64,000 bases of DNA. It comes from Mobula hypostoma. Taxonomy: Eukaryota. The number at the start of each line of letters is the position of its first letter. Positions within the stretch are counted from its first letter, which is position 1. The notes below the pieces were generated by a model. It searched no databases and was not told the DNA's origin. It saw only the letters and a program-made list of their open reading frames with translations. The translations under genes and the position numbers were made by a program. The DNA lies in contig NC_086097.1 of the NCBI RefSeq assembly GCF_963921235.1, positions 16,616,001-16,680,000 of the forward strand, written 5' to 3'. This document shows positions 52,870-64,000 of the stretch, one piece after another.

Positions 52870-55800
52870 AATGGGAGCAAATTGGAAGCAAATCAGGATT
52901 GGTAGGTCGCAAAGAAGGAGTATTCTAAAGGCAGGATGACTCAACTGTGACTAACAAGGGATGTCAACGCCAACATAAAAGCAAAGAAAGGGCATATAAT
53001 AGAGCAAAAAATAGTGGGAAGTTAGAGGATTGGAAAACTTTTAAAAACCAACAGAAGACAACTAAAAAAGCTGTAAGTGGGGAAAAGACAAGATATGAAT
53101 GTGAGCTCACCAACGATATCAAAGAGGATACGGAGAAACCTCAGGAGTAGGCCCTTGGAGCCTACACCGCCATTCAGTATGATCATGGCTGATCATCCAA
53201 CTCAGAACCCTGTACCTGCCTTCTCTCCATACCCCCTGATCCCTTTAGCCACATGGCCATATCTAACTCCCTCTTAAATATAGCCAATGAACTGGCCTCA
53301 ACTGTTTCCTGTGGCACAGAATTCCACAGATTCACCACTCTCTGTGTGAAGAAGTTTTTCATCATCTCGGTCCTAAAAGGCTTCCCCTTTATCCTCAAAC
53401 TGTGACCCCTCATTCTGGACTTCCCCTACATCGAGAACAATCTTCTTACATCTAGCCTGTCCAATCCCTTTAGAATTTTATATGTTTCAATAAGATCCCG
53501 CCTCAATCTTCTAAATTCCAGAGAGTATAAGCCTAGTCGATCCAGTCTTTCATCATATGAAAGTTCTGCCATCCCAGGAATCAATCTGGTGAACCTTCTT
53601 TGTACTCCCTCTATGGCAAGAATGTCTTTCCTCAAATTAGGGGACCAAAACTGCACACAATACTCCAGGTGTGGTCTCACCAAGGCCTTGTACAACTGCA
53701 GTAGTACCTCCCTGCTCCTGGACACGAATCCTCTAACTATGAATGCCAGCATACTATTCGCATTTTTCACCGCCTGCTGTACCTGCATGCCCACTTTCAA
53801 TGACTGGTGTACAATGACACTCAGGTCTCGTTGCACCTCCCCTTTTCCTAATCGGCCACCATTCAGATAATAATCTATTTTCCTGCTTTTGCCACCAAAG
53901 TGGATAACCTCACATTTATCCACATTAAATTGCATCTGCCATGAATTTGCCCACTCACCTAACCTATCCAAGTCACCCTGCATCCTCTTAGCATCCTCCT
54001 CACAGCTAACACCGCCGCCCAGCTTCGTGTCATCCGCAAACTTGGAGATGCTGCATTTAATTCCCTCGTTTAAGTCATTTATATATATTGTAAACAACTG
54101 GGGTCCCAGCACTGAGCCTTGCGGTACCCCACTAGTCACTGTCTGCCATTCTGAAAAGGTCCCGTTTATTCCCACTCTTTGCTTCCCGTCTGCTAACCAA
54201 TTCTCTATCCATATCAATACCATACCCCCAATACCATGTGCTTTAAGTTTGCACACTAATCTTCCAGATACCAAACTGTTTTTCAGATATATAAAGACTA
54301 AAAGAGAGGTGAGAGTTGATATTGGAGTGCTGGAAAATGATGCTGGAGAGGTAGTAATGGAGAACAAGGAAATAGCGGATGAACTGAATAAGCATTTTGC
54401 ATCAGTGTTCACTGTGGAAGGCAGTAACAGTATGCTGGAAGTTTGAGAGAACTGGGGGGCAGAAGTGAGTACAGCTGCTGTAACCAGGGAGAAGGTGCTT
54501 GGTAAACTGAAAGGTCTGAAGGCAGGTGTCATCTGGAGCAGATGGACTATATTCCAGGGTTCTGAAAGAGGAAGCTGAAGAGATTATGTAGGCATTAGTA
54601 ATGATCTTTAAAGAAACAATTGATTCTGGCATGGTGGCAGAGGACCGAAAAATTGCAAATGTCGCTCCAATCTTTGAGAAAGGAGGAAGGCAGAAGAAAG
54701 GAAATTATAGGTCTCAGTGTTAAGGATTTGGAGTATTTGGAAGCACATGATAAAATAAGCCAAAGTCAGCATGGCTTCCTTAAGGGAAGATCTTGTCTGA
54801 TGTATTGGAATTCCTTAACAAACTCACAAACAGGAGAATCAGTGGATGTTGTGTACTTGGATTTTCAGAAGGCGGCTGACAAGGTGTCACACATGAGGCT
54901 GCTCAACAAGGTAAAAGCCAATGGTGTTACAGGAAAGATACTAGCATGGATAGAGCATTGGCTGATTGGCATAAGGCAACCTGTAGGAATAAAAGGAGTC
55001 TTTTTTGATTGGACGCTGGTCACTAGTGGTGTTCCGTGTTGGAATCACTTCTTTTTACATTCTATGTCAATGATCTGGATGAAAGAATTGATGGCATTGT
55101 GGCCAACTTTATGGATGAAACAAAGACAGGCAGAAGGGCAGGCATTGTTGAGGGAGCAAGGCGGTTGCAGAAGGACCTAGACAGATTAGAAGAATGGGCA
55201 AAGAAGTGGCAAATGGAATAGTGTTGAGAAATTTATGGTCATGCACTTTGGTAGAAGAAATAAAAGCATAGACTACTTTCTTAACGAGGAAAAAATTCAA
55301 AAATCTGAAGTGCAAAGGGACTTGGGAATCTTTGTGCAGGATTCCCTAAAGGTTCATTTCCAGGTCGAATTGGTGGTGAGGAAATACAAATGCAATGTTA
55401 GCACTCATTTCAAGAGGACTAGAATATAGAAACAAGGAAGTAATGCTGAGGCATTATAAAGTACTACTGAGGTTTCACTTGGAGTATTGTGAGCAATTTT
55501 GGGCCCCTTATTTAAGAAAAGGTGTGCTGACACTGGAGAGGATTTAGAGGAGGTTCACAAGAATGATTCTGGGATTGAAAGGCTAATCATATGAGGGGCA
55601 ATGATTGATGGTTCTGGGCCTACACTCACTGAAATTTAGAAGAATGGGGCCGGGGGGGGCGGTGTCTCATTGAAACCTATCGAATGTTGAAAGGCCTATA
55701 TAGAGTAGATGTGGAGAGGATGTTTGGTATGGTGCAGGAGTCCGGGACCAGAGGATACAACCTCTGAATAATGGGACGTCCGTTTAGAACAGAGATAAAG

Positions 55801-56025
55801 AGGAATTTCTTTAGACCGAGGGTGTTGTATCTATAGAATTTGCTGCCACAACCAGGTCATTGGACGTACTTAAGGCGGAAGTTGATAGGTTCTTGATTAG
55901 TCAGGGCATGAATGGTTATGGGGAAAAGGCAGGAGAATGGGGTTGAAAGGAAAACAGATCAGCCATAATGAAATGGCAGAGTGGACTCATTGAGCCAAAT
56001 GGCCCAATTTTGCCTCTCTGTCTTA
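52870..56025 (+). mobile_element. Older degenerate CR1, itself split by a young CR1
   Basis: ORF2 remnants 'YLDFQKA.DKV', 'HFGRRNK'; CR1 tail at ~55960-56025. Confidence 0.8.
53132..54266 (-). mobile_element. Young CR1 copy nested in the older CR1
   Basis: High identity to 38490-39620; GATAC duplicated at 53127-53131 and 54267-54271. Confidence 0.9.
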
Positions 56026-57609
56026 TGAACAATCAACAGCAGTGCACCCCAAGGATGCATGCTTAGCCCAATTCTCTACTCTCTCTATACCCATGACTGT
56101 GGGGTTAGGCACAGCACAAACACCATCTATAAATTTGCCAATTACACAACTACTGTTGGCAGAATTTCTGTTGGTGGAGAGGAGGTGTACAGGAGTGAGG
56201 GAGATCCGCTGATTGAATGGTATCACAACAACAACCTTGCACTCATTGTCAGTAAATCCAAGAATTGATTGTGGACTTCAGGAAGGGGGAGTCAAGGGAA
56301 CATACACTAGTCTTCATCAAGGGATCAGCAGTGCAAAAATGGCAAGCAGTTTCAAGTTCATGGGTTTCAGCATCTCTGATGATCTATCCTGGGCCCAACA
56401 TATTGATGCAATTATAAAGAAGGCACAACAAGGGCTATATTACATTAGATGTTTGAGTATATTTGGTATGTCACTAAAAACTCGAGTAAATATCTACAGA
56501 TGTATCATGGACAGCATTCTAACTGGTTGCATGACTGTCTGGCATGGAAGGGACACTGCACTGGACTGGAAAAACCTGTAGAAAATTGCAAACTCAGCCA
56601 GGTCCACCATGGGCACGAGCCTCCCCAGCATCAAAGAGATCTTCAAAATCAATGCCTCAAAAAGATGCTATCTATCATTAAGAACTCCAATCACCCAGAA
56701 CATGTCTTCTTCTTATTGCTACCATCATGGAGGAGGTACAGAAGCATGAAGACACACGCTCAGAGTTTTAGGAACAGCTTGTACATGTTTCTCATCCAGT
56801 GCAAGGATAAGATTCCTTTTGTCCTCACCTTCCAGCCCTCTGGGCTCATACATTCAACTCCCTTTTTTGCTCCTTTGATAAGATACCACCATCAGATACA
56901 TCCTCCCCTTCCTTTCAACATTCCAAAGAGAGCATTTTCCCTGAAATTCCCTGTTCCATTCTCCCAACACACGTCACTTCTAATGGCACTTTTCCACTGA
57001 ACTGCAAAAGAAAAATCATTTTCCTTTCTCACTTTATAGAAAACATATCCCTTTGGGTGAAGCACTTTCATTTCAGCCAATTAACTCATCCAGTGCTCAC
57101 AATGTGGTTTCTTATAGATTCAGAAAAGCGAATTGAAACCACTGTAGACCAACTCACTTCAAGCTGCAAGGGTGATCCTGATAAACAGGAAGCAGTTAAT
57201 GTTTCAGATCCTTCTTCAGAATTAGCGAGGTACAGTACCTTTTCCCTCTTGCAACTCAGCAGCATCTCACTCTTCTCATAGTATCTGTTAATTAACACTT
57301 GAAAAGTAACATCTTGAGACTAATTTCTCATTACATATTGGCTACTGTTAATTTGGCCTTTAAAATATAATTCAAAACTGGCTTTTTTTCAAGACATGGT
57401 ACAATTATGAATATAATTGATACTTTAAATTTGAAATGAGTTTTGAAAAAGGTTCTTAGACCTGAAATGTTTTTCTATGCAAACACCGACATGGTGCAGT
57501 TTCTAAATTCTTTGGCTAGGGGATTCCCACTTCTGATTGATGTCAGAACTCTTTAAAATGGGGCATGGTGTTTGTCAGCCATTTAATCCAAGCCTTCGGT
57601 TCCTTAAGG

Positions 57610-58560
57610 ATGTTATAGCTGGGGTGGTAGTGGGGATAAGCTCCCAGTACCTACTAAATTCTCCCATTGGTGTTTGTCTGAAATAGTCTCTGACAACCAA
57701 GTCCAGCTCCTGGTTCAGCTGCTAAATGTGTGATTTAGCTACTAAGCCTGGCAGATCCATTTCTACTGGCAGGAGAAGGGACAAAGGTGGGTTACTGGCT
57801 CCTTGAAACCAGTCGCTTCGGACAGATGGTGCATATCAGTCACGGTTGGGAGCTCATTTAGGAGAAGGAAAAGTCTGAATTGAAACCTCTGCTGCCTTGC
57901 AGCTATACCCACTCATAGGGAAGGCTTTGGGAGTAAACCCAGAGGAAAAATCCAGAGCTGGAGTCCCTAAGGCAGTCCTACTTTGAGTTCAACGCTGACT
58001 GGCAACCCCTGTGACGCCGCTGGTGACAAGCTGTATTGGTTCCTGTTGTTCCTTTGGATTCATCAGCATGGAGAGGGGGAGCTTGCTGCATGGGTGACAG
58101 CCAGCTCTCCATATCTCTTCTTTTTTTGCTAATTTGCATGACTTGTTCAGAGCACTTTGGTGTGGACTGGGGTGGTTCGGCACAGACTGGCTCTGCGGAC
58201 TGCAGTGAATGAACAACACTGTTCTAAACTGAACTGACCTCAACTGAACACTCCTGGACTGTTTCTAGGACTCTGCAGTTCGATGTTTCATATTCTGTGT
58301 GTCATTTGCTCGCTTCCTGCTGTTTGCACTATCTGTTATTTTTTCGCACGTTGGGTGTTTGATGTTTTCTTTGAACGGGTTCCATGGTGTTTCTTTGTTT
58401 CGTGGCTGCCTACGGGAGGACAAATCTCACAGTTGTATACTGTATACAGTACATACTTTAATAATAAATATAACTCAAATCTTTAGAGTATCGTATTGCC
58501 CTGGCTTGAGTATGTAGACAACTAGGATGCAACATTCATGGTCAAACCCCAGCAACAGAG
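57610..58560 (+). mobile_element. Interspersed repeat, probably RTE-related non-autonomous, interrupted at ~58140-58485
   Basis: A segment recurs at ~60075-60140 (GGCTTAGCTACTA...TTTCTACTG); the inner part has the Rex-like 3' UTR pattern. Confidence 0.45.
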
Positions 58561-58854
58561 GCTTCACAAAGCAAACCTTAATAAAAAATGTTAATCCAGT
58601 TAATGTACATTATCATAAACTTTAGCAAGACAGTCTAAAACAAAGATAATTTTGCTGTGGATTGCTACCCCCATCCAAATTCCATGTTCTTTTATGATAT
58701 TTATATTTTTAAATGATGTGATACAATTAGCCATCTTTTGATTTACATTTCACAAGGCTCAATCAATTGTAGAGTTATAATATCAGTATAGTCACAAAGT
58801 ATTACTATTCCATTGGTAATTATCTGATATTTTAGAGAAGAGTGACATAGAGTT

Positions 58855-59970
58855 GAAGTTACTTTACCTACTGCCCATTTGCCTGCCAGTGTTTAAGGCA
58901 GCAATGAAAGCCCTCCATCTCTGCTTGTCCTTGGCCGTCTTCTCTATTATGTCCCAGGTGTGATTCAGGGTCCTCATTTCTGCCTCTACGGTACGGTGCC
59001 AAATTTGGTCTCCTGTGTACATGGTTTGTACATTCCAGAAATTAATCTTGGTCTCGGTGGTGTTCAGGGCATTCTTCAATGTACCAGTAGCTTCCTCTCA
59101 GTTTTCACTTTTGTTAGCTATACAAGTCCCGCTTGGAGTCTCAGGAATACTGTCGCACACAGATTTAGAAGTATTCTTCATTGCTGTTTTGTTTGACCAG
59201 TCAGGGTTGTTAACCCTGAGCTGAACCCTGAACACAGAGGTCTGGCAGACCACATTTAGTCTGGCCTCTACCTTTTGACCTGTTTGGCATAGGTGACCCT
59301 TCCAAGAGCCAAAGCATAAAGTCTTGACTCCATTCAGCCTAACTCTTCAGATCACTGAGGCACTCAAGCCTCCACACCCTACAACAGACGTCCCACCTCT
59401 CCCGGAAGTTCCGGGAGTCTCCCGCATATTAATAGTGGCTCCCTGATGCCCGCAAATTATATACAATATCACGGAAATCAATTTTTTTGAGAGCGAGCGA
59501 GAGAAAGCAAGAGAGAGAGAGCGCGCGCGTACGCAAGGGAGAGCGAGCGAGAGCAAAAGCAAGTGAGAGCGCGCGAGTGACCACGAGCGAGAGCGCGCCG
59601 TGGCAGAGTGTTCCAAAAAAAATATAAAACGTACGTCAACCCAGACTACACTAAAGTGTACCCCTGCCTAATAGGGGTCAAAATAATGACAGTGTTGCTC
59701 GCTGCGCTGTTTAAAACAGTGACTTTTCTATTGCCCATGGTGGGTTAAGACTGTAAAAGACATGTTGAGGTGAGCTTAACAGGTGTCATTCGTTCATTAG
59801 CATAGCTAACGTTATTTAAACTAGCTGGCCAGCTGCTAAGGAGCTACTCTATTGCAGACATCCCACCTCTCCCGGAAGTCTCCCGCAAATTGATAGTGCT
59901 ACCTCCCTGAAATGAGTTTTTGCAGGATGGGATGTCTGCTACATTAATGTTGTAGTCCTCTTGGAGGAAA
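58855..59970 (-). mobile_element. RTE-derived internally deleted element
   Basis: Minus ORF joins an N-terminal 'FWNVQTMY' to a C-terminal 'WHRTVEAEM...AKDKQRWRAFIAAL'. Confidence 0.6.
59385..59938. mobile_element. Non-autonomous TIR DNA element, superfamily unassigned
   Basis: CAGACGTCCCACC ... GGATGGGATGTCTG termini; flanks CTACAA / CTACAT; CpG-rich; second left-end copy at 59855. Confidence 0.7.
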
Positions 59971-60174
59971 GCTGAAGTTGATGAATCATGGTTATAAATA
60001 GCTAGGGTGCCTAAGAGTTTTGCCCAGTACTGTACTTGTCAATGTAGAATGGACAAATCAGTACTTCAGTACTTCTTGGCCTTCACGTGAGGCTTAGCTA
60101 CTAGGACTGGCGGAACTATTTCTACTGACAACAGAAGGGGCATAGATACCTCTGACTGCCAAAGCGAGAGGTTA

Positions 60175-60224
60175 AAGTACTGTGCAAAAGTCTTAGGCAC
60201 CATAGCTATATATAAAGTGTGTGC

Positions 60225-60294
<70 letters not shown>

Positions 60295-60326
60295 TATATA
60301 TATGCTTAAGGCTTTTGACAGTACTG
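60175..60326. mobile_element. Tc1-type MITE (same TIR family as 30458-30872) containing a microsatellite
   Basis: AGTACTGTGCAAAAGTCTTAGGCA ... TGCTTAAGGCTTTTGACAGTACTG. Confidence 0.7.
60231..60284. repeat. (GT)27 microsatellite followed by (AT)n
   Basis: Direct reading. Confidence 0.95.
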
Positions 60327-61489
60327 CACCACAGTGAGATTCATTTTCTTGTGGGCAATCACAGTAAATATAAGAAGCACATTAATATCAGTGAAACACT
60401 ACATCCAACAAGATGGACAATAACCAATGTGCCAAAAAAAACACAAACTGTGTAAATACAAAAAGAAAGAAAAAATAAAAACAATAAATAAATTAAACAA
60501 TACATATTGAGAACATGAGATGAAAATTCCTTGATAGTGAGTCTATAGGTTGTGTGAACAGTTCAATGTTGGGGTAAGGGAAGTTATCCACACTGGTTCA
60601 AGAGGCTGATGGTTGGAGGGGGTAGTAACTGTTCCTGAACCTGGTGGTGTGGGTCCTGAGGCTCCTGTAGCTTCTTCCTGATGGCAGCAGTGAGAAGGGA
60701 ACATGTCCTAGGTGGTGGGGGTCCCTGATTATAGATACTGTTTTCCTGCAACAACAGTCGACGTGGTTGTGCTCAATAGCGGGGAGGGCTTTACCCATGG
60801 ACCAGGCTGTATCCACTACTTTTTGTAAGATTTTCCATACAAAGGCCTTGGTGTTTCTATATCAGGCCATGAGGCAACCACTCAGTATACTCTCCACCAC
60901 ACATCTATAGAGGTTCGTCAAAGTCTTAGATGACATGCTGAATCTCAAGATGGTGCCAACGAACAATGCTCCCTCAGTCAACATCTTCCAGATAGCCCAC
61001 AAAAATGTACTTTTACTTGTTTTTCTAAGATTGTTAGAACCTGTAATTTACAGTTTAGAGATCAATTGAGTGATCCAGCACTCTGCTGTCTCCGAGAAGC
61101 AATCACGTACTCAGGCCTCAATGCAAAGAAACTTCGAGACAGGACACAAGCCAATGTTCAACACTATTTCACTGATTAAGATGTTTTTTTCTAATTACCC
61201 GTTCCTTTTCCATTTTATTGTGTGAGAGGAGGGTGTTTGTAGGTCGATGTTCTGTTGGTTTTTTTGTGTGTGTGGGGAGGGGTTGCTTTTTTGGGTGTTG
61301 ATTTTCCTGTTCCGTTTTGTGCAGGGTGAGAGGTGTTTGGGGTTGATGATTGGGATGCCATTCTTTAATGTATGTGGGTTTGATGTTTCTCTTTGAATGG
61401 CTTTCATGCTTTTTCTTTGTTTTGTGGCTATCTAGAGAAGATTCCTTTCAGAGCTGTATATGGATACAAGCTTTAATAATAAATGAACC

Positions 61490-62260
61490 TTTAAAGTAGA
61501 GGTGCTGCTGTACTTTCCTCGTAATGACATTTACGTGCTGAACCCAGGACAGATCCTCTGCAATAATAACACCGAGCAATTTAAAGTTGCTGATCTCTCC
61601 ACCTCTGATTCCCTGAAGAGAACTAGTTCATGGACCTCTGGTTTCTTCTTCCAGAAGTACATAATTAACTCTTTGGTCTTGCTGACATTGAGTGAGAAGT
61701 TATTATGGCACCACTCAGCCAGATTTTCAATCTCCCCGATATACGCTGATTCGTCACCACCTTTGATTTTGGCCAGCAACAGTGGTGTCATCTGCAAACT
61801 TTAATATGATATAGGAGCTGTGCTAAGCCTCACAGTCATAATCATAAAGCACACATCTTTGTGGTGCACTTGTACTGAGGGAGATTGTGGACGAAATATT
61901 GCCAATCTGAACTCACTGGGGTCTGCAAGTGAGGAAATCGAGGATGCACATGGAGGTACTGAGGCCTAGGACTTGAAGCTTATTGTTTAGTTTTGAGGGG
62001 GTGATTGGTATTGAATGCCCTGCTGTAGTCACTGAAGAACATCCTGATGTTTGCATCTTCACTATCCAGATGTTCTAAGATTGAGTGAAGAGCCAATGAA
62101 ATGTTATCTGCTCTTGACCTGTTGAGAAGGTAGGCAAATTGGAGTGGATCCAAGTTACTTCTCAGGCAGGAGTTAATATGTTTGATCACCAAACCCTCCG
62201 AGCACTTTATCACAGTGTTTGTAAGTACTGCTGGATGATAATCACTGAGACAGGTTACCA
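61490..62260 (-). mobile_element. Rex1/Babar-like RT fragment
   Basis: 'LDPLQFAY..NRS..D.ISLALHS', 'LNVSKTKELI'; same family as 5400-6550. Confidence 0.8.
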
Positions 62261-63655
62261 CATTCAGTGGCCACTTTGCTTGTTAATACAAATACCCAAT
62301 TAGCTAATCGTCTGGCAGCAACTCAATACAAAACAGCATGTGGACATGGTCAAGGGGCTCAGTTGTTGTTCAGCCCAAACACCAGAATGGAGAAGAATTG
62401 TGATCTCAGTGATTTAACCATGAAATGATTGTTTAGAGTGGTTTGAGTATCTCAGAAACTGATTTCCTGGGATTTTCACACACAAGTTCATAAGACCATA
62501 CGCTAGAAGCAGAATTAGGTCATTTGGCCAATTGAGTCTGTTCCACCATTTCATCATGGCCGACCCATTTTTCCTCTCAGCCCTAGTCTACCTTCCCTCC
62601 ATATCCCTTCATGCCCCAACCAATCAAGAATCTATCAACTTCTGCTTTAAGTATACATAAAGACTTGGCAGCCACAGCTGCCTCTGGCAGTGAATTCCAG
62701 ATTCACTACTAAAGAAATTCCTTCTCATCTCCATTCGAAAAGGATGCCCCTCTATTCTGAGGCTCTGTCCTCTGGTCTCCATCCTCTCCATATCGACTCC
62801 ATCATGGCCATTCGCCATTCGATAGGTTTCAATAAGGTCACCCCTCATTCTTCCGGACTCCAGTGAATACAGGCCCAGAGCCAACAAACGCTTTTCACGA
62901 CAAGCCGTTTAATCCTGGAATCATTTTTGTGAACCTCCTTTGAACCCTCTCCAGCTTCAGCACATCCTTTTCAAGGGGCCCAAAACTGCTCACAATACTC
63001 CAAGTGAGGCTTCACCAGTTCTTCAAAAAGTCTCAACATTACACCCTTGCTTGTATATTCTATTCCTCTTGAAATGAATGCTAACATTGCATTTGCCTTC
63101 CTCACCACAGACTCAACCTGCAAATTAACCTTTAGGGTATCCAACACAAGGACTCTCAAATCCCTTCGCACCACAGACTTTTATATTTTCTCTCCATTTA
63201 GAAAATAGTCAACCCTTTCATTTCTTCTACCAAAGTGCATGACCGTAGAATTCCCAACACTGTATTACATCTGCCACTTCTTTGACAATTCTCCTAATCT
63301 GTTTAAGACCTTCCGTGGCCCCTCCATTTCCTCAAAACTACCTGCCCCTCCACCTATCAGTTTCTAGAGTTTACCAAGAATGGCACAAAAAAACAAAAAG
63401 CACCCAGTGAGTGGCAGCAATGTAGGCCTTGTTAATGAGCAAGGTCAGAGAATGGCCAGATCAGTTCAATCTGACAAGAACGTGACAGTAACTCAAATAA
63501 CCACCTGTTACAACAGTGGTGTGCAGGACATCACTGAACACACAATACGTTGAACCTTAAAGTCGATGGGCTACAGCTACACAACAGCTATGAACATATA
63601 CTCAGTGGCCACTTTATTAGGTACAGGATGCAGCTTAATAAAGTGCCCACTGTAT
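62261..63655. mobile_element. Tc1-derived non-autonomous element split by a CR1 insertion
   Basis: CAGTGGCCACTTT-type termini at ~62265, ~63603 and (inverted) ~63640-63651; sequence at 62480 continues at ~63360. Confidence 0.55.
62489..63357 (-). mobile_element. CR1 3' fragment
   Basis: ORFs 62624-62887 and 62971-63174 with CR1 C-terminal motifs; tail at ~62490. Confidence 0.85.
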
Positions 63656-64000
63656 TGAAAATCTCAAAATTAAACAATGCTGTATGCATATCAATTAAAT
63701 TGATATCAAAAATTACTATGAATGAGCACACATTAAACATTCCATTACAATCACTTTAGATGTAAAGCAAAAAAAAGTATGACGGAAAATTATTACATTT
63801 AATTTTCTATTTATTAAATACAATTGTGAAAATATATACAGTACATGTACATAGTCTTCTGGAGAGGGATTTACATAAAACATTCTCTAACATTAATAAT
63901 ATGCAAAATATTTTTGAATTTTATCTATATTCATAGAAAATGTCAATATAGACACTAAGTAACTACACTAAACAATTGCAAACCAGAGAAAACACTTTTA

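Larger units (their letters stand above)
52585..56780 (+). mobile_element. Rex1/Babar-like RT region split by nested CR1 elements
   Basis: 'LLFIDYILAFNNIIP...CNWILDFLTGR' (52658-52868) continues as 'LSPILYSLYTHDC...YKFA' (56030 onward); ACAATC repeated at both junctions. Confidence 0.75.

Noticed and set aside
53426..54532. 368-aa ORF as a novel protein
   Set aside because: Chimera: antisense of the old CR1 running in frame into the nested young CR1 RT.

Overview
This is eukaryotic DNA from a vertebrate, most likely an elasmobranch (shark or ray), judging by HER1/HE1-type CR1 3' tails, V-SINEs and abundant Penelope pseudo-LTRs (pLTRs). Most of the window is nested transposable-element debris: CR1 LINEs, Rex1/Babar-like LINEs, RTE remnants, Penelope-like elements (PLEs), Tc1/Tigger/hAT DNA-transposon derivatives, SINEs and one probable solo LTR. 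One host gene is clearly recognisable: the first coding exon of YLPM1 (minus strand, 32427-32005) inside a small CpG island. Everything to its left is apparently one intron of at least 32 kb. The most unusual structures are: (i) a 1.6-kb foldback Tc1 element built from two inverted copies of the transposase 3' half, both carrying the same frameshift; (ii) several short palindromic Penelope-derived insertions, two of which (18.0 and 29.0 kb) carry minimal hammerhead-ribozyme motifs in both arms; (iii) a young CR1 subfamily in which two inverted copies flanking the YLPM1 promoter share the same premature stop; (iv) an unclassified TIR element with a duplicated left end; and (v) weak evidence for an unrecognised divergent plus-strand transcript. 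Most ORFs in the supplied track are TE fragments, antisense shadows or chimeras. Repeat boundaries were read by eye and are approximate unless TSDs or TIRs are quoted.
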